In this document: piece after piece, positions 20,408 through 33,092 of the stretch
Position numbering within the stretch: position 1 is the first letter of the stretch
Layout: every line of letters begins with the position of its first letter
From: Bdellovibrionales bacterium
Lineage (GTDB): Bacteria > Bdellovibrionota > UBA1018 > CAIMNF01
Direction of reading: 5' to 3'
Assembly (NCBI GenBank): GCA_040380025.1
Contig: JBEIJY010000002.1
Coordinates: 32,001 to 96,000 of the forward strand
DNA: 64,000 bases
The notes under the pieces: model-generated
Database searches by the model: none
Told to the model about the DNA's origin: nothing
Seen by the model: the letters and a program-made list of their open reading frames with translations, nothing else
Made by a program: the position numbers and the translations under genes

Positions 20408-20938
20408 ATGCAGAATCTCAAGGATCGTAACTTCAATCCGGATACCGTTCCGGGCGAATACAACGTGGTTGAACTGTGGGCGAAGTTCCGCGCCGAGCGA
20501 CTCAAAGCCGGCGTTCTTGCCGGCATCTTTGCCGGCGTCATGATGCAGATTTTCGGAATGGTGTACTGCCTGGTCAAAGGGCAGGACATCACCAAACCCA
20601 TGCGGATTTCGGCCCTTCCCATTTTGGGGAATGCAGCCCTCCAGTTCGGCAATTCCAGCGGCATTGTGGTCGGCCTGATCATGTTCTTTCTCCTCGCGGT
20701 GGTTCTGGGAACAACCTACGCCCATTTCACCGGAACGAACCACAAGTGGAACCGCTTCGGCGTCGGCCTGACTTGGGGTGCGTATTCGTGGATTTTCATC
20801 ACTTGTCTGTTCTCGCCGGCGTTCCGCGCTTATGAAGAGGCGCAGATCCCCCGCGCGCCGATGTTTTTTGCCTGGCTCGTGTTCGGGATCTCGCTCATGA
20901 GCGTCGCCTGGTTCGACAAGAAGGGCCCTGCCCGCTGA
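20408..20938 (+). CDS. Hypothetical membrane protein (4 TM)
   Basis: Hydrophobic helices; host-like codon usage. Confidence 0.75.
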   Translation: MQNLKDRNFNPDTVPGEYNVVELWAKFRAERLKAGVLAGIFAGVMMQIFGMVYCLVKGQDITKPMRISALPILGNAALQFGNSSGIVVGLIMFFLLAVVLGTTYAHFTGTNHKWNRFGVGLTWGAYSWIFITCLFSPAFRAYEEAQIPRAPMFFAWLVFGISLMSVAWFDKKGPAR

Positions 20939-20959
20939 TCCGGGCCGGGGTGTTCCAGC

Positions 20960-21745
20960 ATGCATTCGAAAAAAAAAGTAGTTTGTGTTCTCCCGGCCTA
21001 CAACGCGCAAAAAACGCTCGAGAGGACGCTCTCTGCCGTTCCTGCGGGTGTGGTCGATCTGTTCATTCTGGTCGATGATTGCTCGCGGGACGAAACCATC
21101 CGCGAGGCGGAGCGGCTCTCCGGGCGATTCCCCCTTCGTGTCGTGGCCCATCAGATCAATCGTGGATACGGCGGGAATCAAAAAACCTGCTATCGCGAGG
21201 CCCTGGAGGCCGGTGCGGACATCGTGGTCATGCTCCATCCCGATTACCAGTACGAGCCGAAACTGCTCCCTGCTCTGGTGACACTGGTTTCTTCGGATGT
21301 TTACGATGTGGCCTTGGGATCCCGGATTCTCGGGGGGCACGCCCTGAAAGGCGGAATGCCCCTGTACAAATACATTTCGAACCGGTTTTTGACCGGTTTC
21401 GAGAATCTCCTGATCGGTCAGAAGCTCTCTGAATACCACACCGGCTACCGTGCATTCTCGAGGAAGGTGCTCGAGACCTTGAACCTCGAATCAAACAGCG
21501 ATGATTTCGTGTTCGACAACGAGATGCTCGTTCAGGCCCATGTGGCCGGATTTTTGATCGGGGAGATTTCGGTTCCGACGCGTTATTTTGAAGAGGCAAG
21601 CTCGATCAGTTTTCGAAGAAGCGTGGTGTATGGTCTCGGGGTGCTCCGTTGCTCCGTCGAGGGACTTTTCGCCCGCCTCAAGATTCGCTTGCATCCCCGG
21701 TTTTTGCCGCTCTCTCCAGGGTTAGGGTCAAAATCATCAGGCTGA
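20960..21745 (+). CDS. GT2 polyprenol-phosphate glycosyltransferase (DPM1-like)
   Basis: [39 protein letters not shown]. Confidence 0.92.
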   Translation: MHSKKKVVCVLPAYNAQKTLERTLSAVPAGVVDLFILVDDCSRDETIREAERLSGRFPLRVVAHQINRGYGGNQKTCYREALEAGADIVVMLHPDYQYEPKLLPALVTLVSSDVYDVALGSRILGGHALKGGMPLYKYISNRFLTGFENLLIGQKLSEYHTGYRAFSRKVLETLNLESNSDDFVFDNEMLVQAHVAGFLIGEISVPTRYFEEASSISFRRSVVYGLGVLRCSVEGLFARLKIRLHPRFLPLSPGLGSKSSG

Positions 21746-22973
21746 CCCAGAGCAGATAGTAATTCGCGAAACCGAATTTTCCGAACACCACCGAGAACCC
21801 GAACGCGATCGACCAGGCTTCCGGGAGGGTACGCAGTCCTGCCCGCCGGGAGTTTCGAATCAGATGCGTCACCGCCAGTCCGAATCCGACCAGGGTCATG
21901 ATTCCTTGGGCCCGTCCCGAAAACTCTCCGCCCGCAACGGCAATCCACCAAGCAGTGAAGGTTAGGGCATCGAGGCGTACAGCCGCTTCGAGGTGGCTTT
22001 TCACCGTCATGTCAAAGAACGCATGAAAATCCCAAAGCAGAAACGGAGCCATCAGGAGCCCGAAGAGGACTGCCGAGAGGAGGGCGACCCGGAAGGCAGG
22101 GCCTTTTTTGGGTTCTGACACAAAAAGATAAAGCAGGGCGAAGGCCCCGAACATCCCGCCGAACTGCTTTGCCGATGCTGCAAGAGCAATAGCGAGGGCG
22201 CTGATCCACCAGTTCCGGTTCAGCAACCCGAAGATCAGGACAGAGACGCTGAAAGAGAGAATAGGGTCGATCCAGGCCCATTTCAGGCAGAAATTCAAAA
22301 AGGGGAGGAACCACCAGACGGTCTTGAGCGACAGGTCCTGGGCGGAGGATTCTGTCTTGGGAAAGAAAAACGGTGCCGCCCACCAAAGTACGGCCAGGAT
22401 CACTCGGATGTCGCCGAAGAGAAGACGCGACAATCCCTCGAGGTAAAGAGTCGTCGGCCAGTACAAAAAGCCCGGGCGATATCCGCGGCCCCCGCTCAGC
22501 TCTTGGGGATAGGGCTGGGTGTACGGGTTCACCCCGCGAAAAAAATGATCCAGTCCCATGTTGTTCGCGATGAATACATCGATTCCGGGGGTGGACTCTG
22601 AAGCCAGCGAGGCCAGATAATAAATCATCGCCCCCGCGGCGAGGAGGATCGTTTTCCTCCGGACACTGAGTCCGCGAATCCAGTACGGAGCAAGGGTGAG
22701 GGGATAAAAAATCCGGAACAGATGGGGACTGGAGGAGAGGGAGGGGATGCCCGAGCTGATCCCGGGCTTGATGATCATGCACACGAGGTTGATCCAGTGC
22801 GAGGATCGGTGGAAAAATCGAAGAGAGCGCTCCGAAGAGGGCTCCGCCCGAAAAACACGGCTCAGGCTCCAGAACAAAAGAAACACGGTGAGAATCGGGA
22901 TCAAATGCGTATTCAGCAATCCATGGGCGATGTGATTCGTGAGAATCAAGAACTGGGTGAACAGGGGATTCAT
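21678..22973 (-). CDS. Polytopic membrane protein, probable GT-C (GT87-like) glycosyltransferase
   Basis: IDVF...G.NPY...F.YWP loop, AASAKQF, NYY; many TM helices. Confidence 0.65.
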   Translation of the reverse strand: MNPLFTQFLILTNHIAHGLLNTHLIPILTVFLLFWSLSRVFRAEPSSERSLRFFHRSSHWINLVCMIIKPGISSGIPSLSSSPHLFRIFYPLTLAPYWIRGLSVRRKTILLAAGAMIYYLASLASESTPGIDVFIANNMGLDHFFRGVNPYTQPYPQELSGGRGYRPGFLYWPTTLYLEGLSRLLFGDIRVILAVLWWAAPFFFPKTESSAQDLSLKTVWWFLPFLNFCLKWAWIDPILSFSVSVLIFGLLNRNWWISALAIALAASAKQFGGMFGAFALLYLFVSEPKKGPAFRVALLSAVLFGLLMAPFLLWDFHAFFDMTVKSHLEAAVRLDALTFTAWWIAVAGGEFSGRAQGIMTLVGFGLAVTHLIRNSRRAGLRTLPEAWSIAFGFSVVFGKFGFANYYLLWVSLMILTLTLERAAKTGDASES

Positions 22974-23138
22974 GATGGGGAGCCTACCATAAGCGATCCT
23001 GATTCTCAGATTTCTGCCCGAACCGAAAATAAATCTAGAAACAATTGACTCACCGTGGTATTGCCTTCCGTCTTGATTCTTAATGAGAGGTCATTAGGTT
23101 AACTTAGGCGAAGGCCGGAAGTGCGGGAGATGTTCGTG

Positions 23139-23687
23139 ATGAAAATGGTTTTGGTGGCGATGACAGTGTCGATGATGGCGGGTGTGCAGGCGTTTGCCCA
23201 GAACATCCCGGCCGAAGAGGTGGGAACCGAGTTCGTTTTTGAGGTCACACGGGCCATTCCGACCCAAGGAAACAAGCAAATCCATTTCATCGACGGGGGT
23301 CTCCATTATCAGGGTTCTGTGGTCTCCACCTCCTGCACCATCCACTTCGGAGATGCTGCCGTGGTGCCCGAGTCGATTCCCGCAGGAACCAGGCTCTACC
23401 TGACCGAGCAAGGCCGGGTGGTGAACGAGACGAGAACCCGCGAGATCCAATACTCGAATCGCAATGGAACCCCGAACACCTACACCGTTCAGGAACACGA
23501 GTCCTACAACCAGTGGAATGTCGTCGGATTCGAAGGCGTGGAACGCATTACCTGCTCCCCCGGCTCCGGACTTTCGTTCAAGAACTGGTTCCGCTTTGAC
23601 GGATCCCCGAATCTTGGAATTTATTTGAACAACATCCGCTACCAGTTCGGCGGGTTCCTGAGCCTCTTCAAGCACTGCGCGAACTGA
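23139..23687 (+). CDS. Hypothetical secreted protein
   Basis: MKMVLVAMTVSMMAGVQAFA signal peptide; GGGAG RBS. Confidence 0.75.
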   Translation: MKMVLVAMTVSMMAGVQAFAQNIPAEEVGTEFVFEVTRAIPTQGNKQIHFIDGGLHYQGSVVSTSCTIHFGDAAVVPESIPAGTRLYLTEQGRVVNETRTREIQYSNRNGTPNTYTVQEHESYNQWNVVGFEGVERITCSPGSGLSFKNWFRFDGSPNLGIYLNNIRYQFGGFLSLFKHCAN

Positions 23688-23695
23688 GGGGAGCC

Positions 23696-24163
23696 CTACC
23701 CCCGCGCTTTCGTGATGATTCCGGTGGTACTCCGGCCTTCGAGGAAAGGAAGCACTCGGACTTTTCCGCCCCGCCGTTTCACCTCGTCGTAGCCGACGAT
23801 GCTTCGAACCTCATAATCGCCGCCCTTCACGAGCACGTCGGGCTTCAGCTGCTGAATGATCGAAAGTGGCGTGTCCTCGTCAAACCAGGTCACAAAGCTG
23901 ACTGACTCGAGCGCTGCGATCACGCGCGCGCGGTCTTCGAGCGGATTGATGGGGCGGGTCGGACCCTTGAGTCTTGAGGTCGAGGCATCGGTGTTCAACG
24001 CCACCACCAACAGGTCTCCGAGCTTTTTTGCGCGTTCCAGATACGTCACATGCCCTGCATGGAGGATGTCAAAGCATCCGTTCGTGAACACGACTTTCTT
24101 TTTCTTCCGGTTCTTCAACGCAGCGGCGAGTCTCGCCGGGCTCAGGATCTTTGCGCGGATCAT
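23696..24163 (-). CDS. rfaE2: D-glycero-beta-D-manno-heptose 1-phosphate adenylyltransferase
   Basis: [34 protein letters not shown]. Confidence 0.95.
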   Translation of the reverse strand: MIRAKILSPARLAAALKNRKKKKVVFTNGCFDILHAGHVTYLERAKKLGDLLVVALNTDASTSRLKGPTRPINPLEDRARVIAALESVSFVTWFDEDTPLSIIQQLKPDVLVKGGDYEVRSIVGYDEVKRRGGKVRVLPFLEGRSTTGIITKARG

Positions 24164-24846
24164 GCCTGTTCAGGGCTCTTCAGTTGGAGTTTTCCGAACG
24201 CGTCCTGGGGCCGGTAATGAAGCCCGAGCCCGCCCGCAAGAATTCCGAGCAGGAACACGGCGGAGCGCAGGAACAGCGAGCGATGGTTGCGTTGGAACTC
24301 GAGGCCGAAAAAGGATTTTCCGAGGGAGTTCTCGAAGAGCACTTCCTGGAGGGCCACGAAGATCCACTGCGAAACCACAAAGAATGCGATGAATTGACCG
24401 GCGTTCTCGCGTACGAGTTCGCCATCGAGCTGAAAATCAAAAAAGAAGAGCGCCGCAAGATTCGTCCCGATCCAGAACCCGGCGTGCAGAACGGTGTCGA
24501 GCAGGTACGCAAAAAATCGCGTTCTCACGGGGGCTTCGACCGAGACCGGTTCTTTCGTCTTGGCCGCGGCGGGAGTCGGTGTCACGATTCGCGGCTGCTC
24601 TTGTTGTTGAAGCTGGCGTGCGGTCTTCATGCCGGAACGGGGCAGGGGCGCGGTGGAGGTCTGAAACCGCGGTCTTCCGGCGGCAACCGCCCCTGTCCCC
24701 GTGCCACCGGTCCCTGCGGCAGCGGCCCCCGTGGTGGCGGGAGCGGCTTTCGCCTTGCTCTCGGGCGCATAGGGAAGTCCGTCCGAAAACGGATGGAAAC
24801 CCATGCCTTCGTGAAGCGGTTTGAACTGGATTTTATTTTTTTCCAT
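24160..24846 (-). CDS. RDD family membrane protein
   Basis: RFFAYLLD and SLGKSFFGL motifs after a disordered N-terminus. Confidence 0.75.
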   Translation of the reverse strand: MEKNKIQFKPLHEGMGFHPFSDGLPYAPESKAKAAPATTGAAAAGTGGTGTGAVAAGRPRFQTSTAPLPRSGMKTARQLQQQEQPRIVTPTPAAAKTKEPVSVEAPVRTRFFAYLLDTVLHAGFWIGTNLAALFFFDFQLDGELVRENAGQFIAFFVVSQWIFVALQEVLFENSLGKSFFGLEFQRNHRSLFLRSAVFLLGILAGGLGLHYRPQDAFGKLQLKSPEQA

Positions 24847-25600
24847 GGTGACCTCCGACCAACAGGGAAACCCCGAAGAGTGCCGCGGTTTCTGCTCTCA
24901 GAATCAACGAGCCCAGATGTGCTCTCGTTATCGCTTTCTTTCCGGACCCCGTCAAATGCAAAAGCCTGCCGCGCTCGGCGGGACTCAGGCCGCCCTCGGG
25001 GCCGATCAAGAGCGACGTTCCGGCCGAAAAAGAGGCGGAATCCATGAGCGAAGCAAGATGCGATTCGCGAGTGCCGTCGCGAGCAAGGGTCTCATCGAGC
25101 CAGAACATCGGGGTGGGATCGAGGAGCAGCTGCTCGAACGAGACCGGTTCGGCGATTTCCATCCGGTCGAGGCGTCCGCATTGTTTCAGCGCCTGATCGG
25201 CGATTCTCTGCCAGCGTTCCCGAAACGCATCGGCCCCTTTTTTGTGGATCTTCACCACGGTGAATTCCGTTTCGACCGGCACCAAAGAGCGCACTCCGAG
25301 TTCGACCGCTTTTTCGATCACCCACTCCATCGCATCGCCCTTCAGAATCGCAAGATGAAGTCGAATCGGAAGCGAACAGCGGGCGGGATCGGTGGCGGGT
25401 TCTTCGGTCAGCTCGCCGAATACTTTTTTATCGCGCATCAAGAGGCGCGCATTCGCCCGGAATCCCATTCCGTCCAGAAGCTCGATCTCGTCTCCGGGTC
25501 CGAGCCGCATGACCGAAACCAGATGACGTGCCTCGGACTCGGGGATTTCGACGGGTTTGGAGCGGGAGGTCTTGAGGGAATCGCAAAGCGCGCGGCGCAT
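24833..25600 (-). CDS. rsmE: 16S rRNA (uracil-1498-N3)-methyltransferase
   Basis: HL..VMR, EKAVELGV, A.KQCGR, IGPEGG, ILRAETAA; ATG at 25600. Confidence 0.93.
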   Translation of the reverse strand: MRRALCDSLKTSRSKPVEIPESEARHLVSVMRLGPGDEIELLDGMGFRANARLLMRDKKVFGELTEEPATDPARCSLPIRLHLAILKGDAMEWVIEKAVELGVRSLVPVETEFTVVKIHKKGADAFRERWQRIADQALKQCGRLDRMEIAEPVSFEQLLLDPTPMFWLDETLARDGTRESHLASLMDSASFSAGTSLLIGPEGGLSPAERGRLLHLTGSGKKAITRAHLGSLILRAETAALFGVSLLVGGHHGKK

Positions 25601-25604
25601 GGAT

Positions 25605-26678
25605 CTAAAATAATTGAAGCGAGGCCAAAAAGCGAAAAGAATCATCGAGCGGGATCTCACGGATGGAATCGAAACGGATGCGCTTGGACAAAAAGAGCCC
25701 GTGACGCCAGGTGAACAGGGGGATCACCGGAAGGTCCGGCGAGAGAAAGGGCGCCACCTCGGGCCAAGGGGCGCCCGGGTTTTGGAGCAAGAGGGCGTCG
25801 AGCATCGGATTCGAATAGCCGGTGTAGTTGCGCTTTCCTGCGGTGATGAAGTGCTCGCCCACCGGGTCAGCGGCGGAGCGGCGAAGAATGCGCGAGCCGA
25901 AGAGCTCGAACTCGCCCGACTGGAGGCGGCTGAAAAAGAGCGAGCTCTCGAGGGGCATGACTTCGACCTGAATGCCGATCTGCCGGAGCGCCTCGCGGGT
26001 CAGAAGAGCAAGCTCATTCCCCTCGCGCACCGGAGTGGTGAGGTATCGAAGGCGAAAGCGAATGCCGTCTTCGTCGCGCGGAATTCCGGCCTGATCGAGC
26101 ATCCGGTTTGCAAGGGCCGGATCGAAACGGGGGAGCGCATGCGGAGGTGTCGGCGGGACCGCATCGACGAACCCGAAGTATTTTTGCGAAGCCCACTCCG
26201 AAACCGGAAGGGCCAGCCGGATCGCCTCGCGCACCTCGCGCTTTTGCAAGAGCGGGTGCTTCAGCCGGAAGCCCAAAAAGGAAAGATGGAATCCCTCGGG
26301 GCTTGCGAGCGGGGATCCTTCCTCGGCGAAGAGGCGGGTTTTCGAGAGCGAGAGCGTGTCGAAGAGCACATCGGCTTGATTCCGGCGAAATCGCACCCCG
26401 CGGGTGAGGTCGTCTTTCACGACCACGAAACGAAGGCGCGGGCGCCCGGGCGAAGGGGGAAGAAGCACGAAGTCCTCGAGATCGGGCGCTTGCGCGGAGG
26501 CGGCCGTGTAGCCGAACTCAGTCAGAAGCGGCAGGATCTTTCGCGCCATCACGTCAGGATTTTGACCCGGAACGAGCGTGTTCGGGGGGCGATCGATCAG
26601 TATGCGAATCTCGTTTTCGGGGGTATTCTGAAAGAGGAGCGAAACTCCGATGAACACGCCGAAGAACGCAAGAATCAT
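25605..26678 (-). CDS. ABC transporter substrate-binding protein, family 5 (peptide/nickel), short form; start uncertain (26678 or 26738)
   Basis: HPLL...EVREAI, FDPALA..LDQAG, RQIGI.V, NYTGYSNP.LD, DLPVIPL. Confidence 0.75.
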   Translation of the reverse strand: MILAFFGVFIGVSLLFQNTPENEIRILIDRPPNTLVPGQNPDVMARKILPLLTEFGYTAASAQAPDLEDFVLLPPSPGRPRLRFVVVKDDLTRGVRFRRNQADVLFDTLSLSKTRLFAEEGSPLASPEGFHLSFLGFRLKHPLLQKREVREAIRLALPVSEWASQKYFGFVDAVPPTPPHALPRFDPALANRMLDQAGIPRDEDGIRFRLRYLTTPVREGNELALLTREALRQIGIQVEVMPLESSLFFSRLQSGEFELFGSRILRRSAADPVGEHFITAGKRNYTGYSNPMLDALLLQNPGAPWPEVAPFLSPDLPVIPLFTWRHGLFLSKRIRFDSIREIPLDDSFRFLASLQLF

Positions 26679-27819
26679 CCCGGTCTTGAAGGTCCTGTTT
26701 TTGGTGCTGGTAGGGCTGGTCGCGCTCACTCGCACCACCTTAGCTCAGGAGCAACGCTTTCAAAAGCTCGGGGTGAAGCTCGACCCGTGGGCCGAGACGC
26801 AGATCGCGTTCTGGAAGACCGTTTACGCCGGAACCGCGAGCGGTGAATTTCTCATTCATGATTCGATGAATCTCGGGCATGTGTATCGGACGGTTGCGGG
26901 TGAGGATTCCGCTCGAAAGGCACGAGTGCAGGTGGCGGGCGATCTGGCCCGGATCGCGAGTCTGGGGCCGGCGCCGATCACGCGCGAGCGCTTGCCTCCC
27001 GCGCTTTTGCCTCTGTTTTCGGCGCTCGGAGCGATCGAGGCTCCGTCGGCCTATCGATTTGCCTCGAACTTGGAGCGGATCCGCATCCAAGCCGGACTGA
27101 AAGAGCGCGTGGATGCGGCTTTTCGGAACTCGAAGCCCTACTGGAAGCGCATGCGCGAGATTCTCGAAGAGGAGGGGGTGCCGAAAGAGCTTTTGTTGCT
27201 GTCGTTTGTCGAGAGCGCCTTTGATCATGAGGCACGATCGCATGCGGGGGCGGCGGGGATCTGGCAGTTCATGCCAAAAACCGCGATGACGGATCTTCGG
27301 GTCACCCGCTCGATCGACGAGCGCCATGACCCGCTGAAGTCCACGCGCGCGGCAGGGCGGTTTTTGCGAAGGAATTTTGAGCGATTCCGGAACTGGGGCC
27401 TTGCGGTCATGGCGTATCACCACGGCCCGGGCCTCGTCGATCGCGCCATCCGCAAGGTAGGGAGCCGGGATCCCGTTGCGATCATCCGGACCTTCAAGCA
27501 TCGGGACTTCCGCTTCGCGTCCCGCAATTACCTGTTCGAGTTTCTCGCGATGTGCGATGTCGATTCGGCAAGGGGCTCGATTCTGGAGCCGGGGCACGAG
27601 GCGCCCCTTCCCGCGTTCATCACGGTGAGTTTCGAAAAACGCGTGACCATGCGGGAGCTGGCACAGCGATATCGGTTTAACGAGTCGATGACCCGGATGC
27701 TGAATCCGCACTTTCGCAGCCCGATCTGGAGCAACCACGAAACCATTCCTCCGCATTATCCGGTTCGACTGGCGGGGATAACGCTTGAGGAGTTCCGCCG
27801 CGTTGAGTATCGTGAATGA
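26650..27819 (+). CDS. Lytic transglycosylase (SLT/MltD-like); start may be TTG 26686
   Basis: VESAF...ARSHAGAAGIWQFMP.TA, DERHDP..ST.AA, AVMAYH.G. Confidence 0.88.
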   Translation: MNTPKNARIIPVLKVLFLVLVGLVALTRTTLAQEQRFQKLGVKLDPWAETQIAFWKTVYAGTASGEFLIHDSMNLGHVYRTVAGEDSARKARVQVAGDLARIASLGPAPITRERLPPALLPLFSALGAIEAPSAYRFASNLERIRIQAGLKERVDAAFRNSKPYWKRMREILEEEGVPKELLLLSFVESAFDHEARSHAGAAGIWQFMPKTAMTDLRVTRSIDERHDPLKSTRAAGRFLRRNFERFRNWGLAVMAYHHGPGLVDRAIRKVGSRDPVAIIRTFKHRDFRFASRNYLFEFLAMCDVDSARGSILEPGHEAPLPAFITVSFEKRVTMRELAQRYRFNESMTRMLNPHFRSPIWSNHETIPPHYPVRLAGITLEEFRRVEYRE

Positions 27820-27826
27820 AACACTT

Positions 27827-28447
27827 ATGTCGATGTACATCATTGGGATCGCCGGAGGCTCCGGGTCCGGCAAAACCACGTTCACCCGAAAAGTCCTGAA
27901 CCAGGTCAACCACCCGCAGGTGGGGGTCCTTCATCAGGACTCGTATTACCTCCCCCGTCCTCCCACTCACCTGAAGATCAACGACGAACTGAACTTCGAT
28001 CATCCTGATGCGTTCGACTGGGAGCTCTTCCGCGCCCATCTTGCGATTCTTCGTGAGGGCAAGGGCATCGACTCGCCGGTCTATGATTATGCGAAATCCC
28101 GGCGGACACCGAAGACCGAACCGGTGGGGCCCTGCAAAATCCTGATCGTCGAGGGGATTTTCGCGCTGTGGGATGAGGTGATCCGGAGCGCGTTCGATCT
28201 CAAGTTTTATCTGCATGTCGAGTCCGACATCCGCTTCATCCGCCGGCTGTTCCGCGACCTGAAGGATCGCGAGCGGACGCTCGATGAGATCATCCGGCAA
28301 TACTATGATACCGTAAGACCCATGCACCAACTCTATCTGGAACCCACCCGGCAGTATGCGGACATCATCGTCGGAGAAGAAACCGACACCGCGGCCTCGA
28401 TGCTTGCGGCGATGATCAAACAAAAACTGACCGAGTTCGAATCATGA
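27827..28447 (+). CDS. udk: Uridine kinase
   Basis: GIAGGSGSGKTT, QDSYY, NFDHPDAFD, VEGI, RR..RD..ER. Confidence 0.95.
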   Translation: MSMYIIGIAGGSGSGKTTFTRKVLNQVNHPQVGVLHQDSYYLPRPPTHLKINDELNFDHPDAFDWELFRAHLAILREGKGIDSPVYDYAKSRRTPKTEPVGPCKILIVEGIFALWDEVIRSAFDLKFYLHVESDIRFIRRLFRDLKDRERTLDEIIRQYYDTVRPMHQLYLEPTRQYADIIVGEETDTAASMLAAMIKQKLTEFES

Positions 28448-30111
28448 GGGGCGCGATCCGCATCACTCCGTACGGAGGCCTCGGCGAGATCGGCATGAAC
28501 TGCATGCTGATCGAGACCGCCACCACCGCGATCCTGATCGACTGCGGGCTCATGTTCTCGGAGCTCGATCATTTCGGGGTCGAGTTCGTGATTCCGAACT
28601 TCTCGCATCTTCTGCAAAAAAAAGGCAAGATCCGCGCGATTTTCGCCACCCACGGCCACGAGGACCACATCGGTGCGATCCCCTTCGCCCTGAAGGCCGG
28701 CGTGCGCGCGCCCATTTACGCCTCGCACTTCACGAGTCTGATGGTTCGCGAGCGGCTGAAGGAGGCGGGACACGAGAACACCGTTCCTTTGAATGTCATG
28801 AACCCGGGCGCTCCGATCACGATCGGCGATCTGACCGTGACCCCGAACACCGTGAACCATTCGATCATCGATGCGATGGCGCTGTTCATCGACACCCCGA
28901 TCGGCAAGATCATCCACACGGGGGACTTCAAGATCGATCCCTCGCCCCATTTCGGCGATGTGATGGAGTGGGATGCCTTCCGGAAGGCCGGCGAAGACGG
29001 GGTTTTGCTGTTGATGTCGGATTCGACGAATGTCGAGCGTGACGAGCATGCGATCCAGGACGAGGCGATCTCGATGCGTCTCGAAGAGGTCCTCCGGACG
29101 GCCCGGGGGCTCACGCTGATTTCGATGTTTTCGTCGAACGTCGGGCGGATGGCGAACATCTTTCGCATCGCCTCGCGCATGGGCAAGAAGATCGCCCTCA
29201 CGGGACGAAGCATGGAGCAAAACGTGCGTCTTGCGATGGAGCACGGAGCGATTTCGATTCCGCGCGAGAGCTTCATTCCGATCCACGAAATCGACCAGTA
29301 TGACCGGAACCGGGTGCTCGTGCTCTCGACCGGCTGTCAGGGCGAGCCGCGCTCGGCCCTGAACCGCATCGCGCACGACGAGCATGCCCATGTGTCGCTC
29401 ACGCCCGATGATCTTGTGATTCTGAGCTCCTCGCAGATTCCGGGCAACGATGTCGCGATCAGCAAGCTCATCAACGAGCTGTTCCGGCGCGGGGCCCATG
29501 TGTTGTACGACGCGATCGATGATGTGCACACGAGCGGACACGCCACGCGTCCCGAGCTGAAGAAGATGCTCGAGATGGTGAAGCCGAAGTTTTTCGTGCC
29601 CGTTCACGGCGAATACCGGCACCTCGTGCATCATGGCGATCTTGCGAAAGAAGCGGGTGTTCGCGAAGAGAACATCTCGGTCATTCAGAACGGCGAGGTC
29701 ATCGAGATCTCGGACGAGGGCATTCGCATGGTCGAAGAGGTGAGCGAGCTTCGCTTGCTTGTGAACGGCCGCGACGGGGTCGAAGTCACGAAGGATGTGC
29801 TTCGGGACCGCAAGCGCTTGGCCGAGACCGGCGTGGTGTTCTGCATGATCGCGCGCGAGAAGGAATCCGGAAAGCTCCTGACGAAGCCCGAGATCCACGC
29901 AAAGGGGCTCATCAATGCCTCGTTCGAGACCTGGCTGGTCGATGAGGCCCTGAAGGTCGTCGACGGATTGGTCCAGGCCTACCGGCGGGATCTTCGCCGG
30001 GGCGTGGTCGATCCCGACTTCGCCGAGAACATCCGGATCGAACTCCGGCGCTTTTTTGATCGGAATACCGGCAAAAAACCCACGGTGGTGCCGGTGATTC
30101 TGGATGTGTAA
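28444..30111 (+). CDS. rnj: Ribonuclease J
   Basis: [43 protein letters not shown]. Confidence 0.96.
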   Translation: MRGAIRITPYGGLGEIGMNCMLIETATTAILIDCGLMFSELDHFGVEFVIPNFSHLLQKKGKIRAIFATHGHEDHIGAIPFALKAGVRAPIYASHFTSLMVRERLKEAGHENTVPLNVMNPGAPITIGDLTVTPNTVNHSIIDAMALFIDTPIGKIIHTGDFKIDPSPHFGDVMEWDAFRKAGEDGVLLLMSDSTNVERDEHAIQDEAISMRLEEVLRTARGLTLISMFSSNVGRMANIFRIASRMGKKIALTGRSMEQNVRLAMEHGAISIPRESFIPIHEIDQYDRNRVLVLSTGCQGEPRSALNRIAHDEHAHVSLTPDDLVILSSSQIPGNDVAISKLINELFRRGAHVLYDAIDDVHTSGHATRPELKKMLEMVKPKFFVPVHGEYRHLVHHGDLAKEAGVREENISVIQNGEVIEISDEGIRMVEEVSELRLLVNGRDGVEVTKDVLRDRKRLAETGVVFCMIAREKESGKLLTKPEIHAKGLINASFETWLVDEALKVVDGLVQAYRRDLRRGVVDPDFAENIRIELRRFFDRNTGKKPTVVPVILDV

Positions 30112-30152
30112 AGACTCTGGGATTGATCTTTCAGATTTGCTACAGTGCCCCC

Positions 30153-32600
<2,448 letters not shown>

Positions 32601-32679
32601 CCTGATTTTTGCCCGGCAAAGCTTGCCGATCCGGAACTCCGCCGACTCCGCTAAAATAAGAAGTGGAGAGAGGTTCCCC

Positions 32680-32838
32680 ATGAGAGAGTTCGGACCTTTG
32701 GAGAGACTTGCCTTGATCGGATCGGTGCTGTTTTGCGTGCTGGGCTCGGTGCTTTTGATCGACGGGAAGAAGCAATACGAGCGCGATCTCGAGCGCTCCG
32801 AAACGGTGGACTACCAGTCCACCCGGAACCCGTTCTGA
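32680..32838 (+). CDS. Small single-TM hypothetical protein (52 aa)
   Basis: RBS GAGAGG; one hydrophobic helix; followed by a hairpin. Confidence 0.6.
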   Translation: MREFGPLERLALIGSVLFCVLGSVLLIDGKKQYERDLERSETVDYQSTRNPF

Positions 32839-32841
32839 AAG

Positions 32842-32872
32842 AAAAACCCCGACTCGGTGAGAGTCGGGGCTT
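32842..32872. terminator. Hairpin terminator between the small ORF and tRNA-Asn (likely bidirectional)
   Basis: AAAAA-CCCCGACTC-GGTGA-GAGTCGGGG. Confidence 0.7.
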
Positions 32873-32941
32873 CCAGGTTGGATGTTGTTTCGTAAATGCT
32901 GTTTTGACGGCCAACGCTAAAGTTGAAATCGGACAAAAAAA

Positions 32942-33016
32942 TGGCTCAGGAGGAGGGATTCGAACCCCCGACCAATCGGTTAACAGCCGATTGCTCTACC
33001 ACTGAGCTACTCCTGA
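32942..33016 (-). tRNA. tRNA-Asn (GTT)
   Basis: Reverse complement TCAGGAGTAGCTCAGTGGTAGAGCAATCGGCTGTTAACCGATTGGTCGGGGGTTCGAATCCCTCCTCCTGAGCCA; cloverleaf with encoded CCA. Confidence 0.97.
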
Positions 33017-33092
33017 ATCGTATAGATTTGAGTAACGAAAAAAGATTTCGTTGTCTATACTATTTTTGATGCCTGAAAATGCCGGTTTTTCC

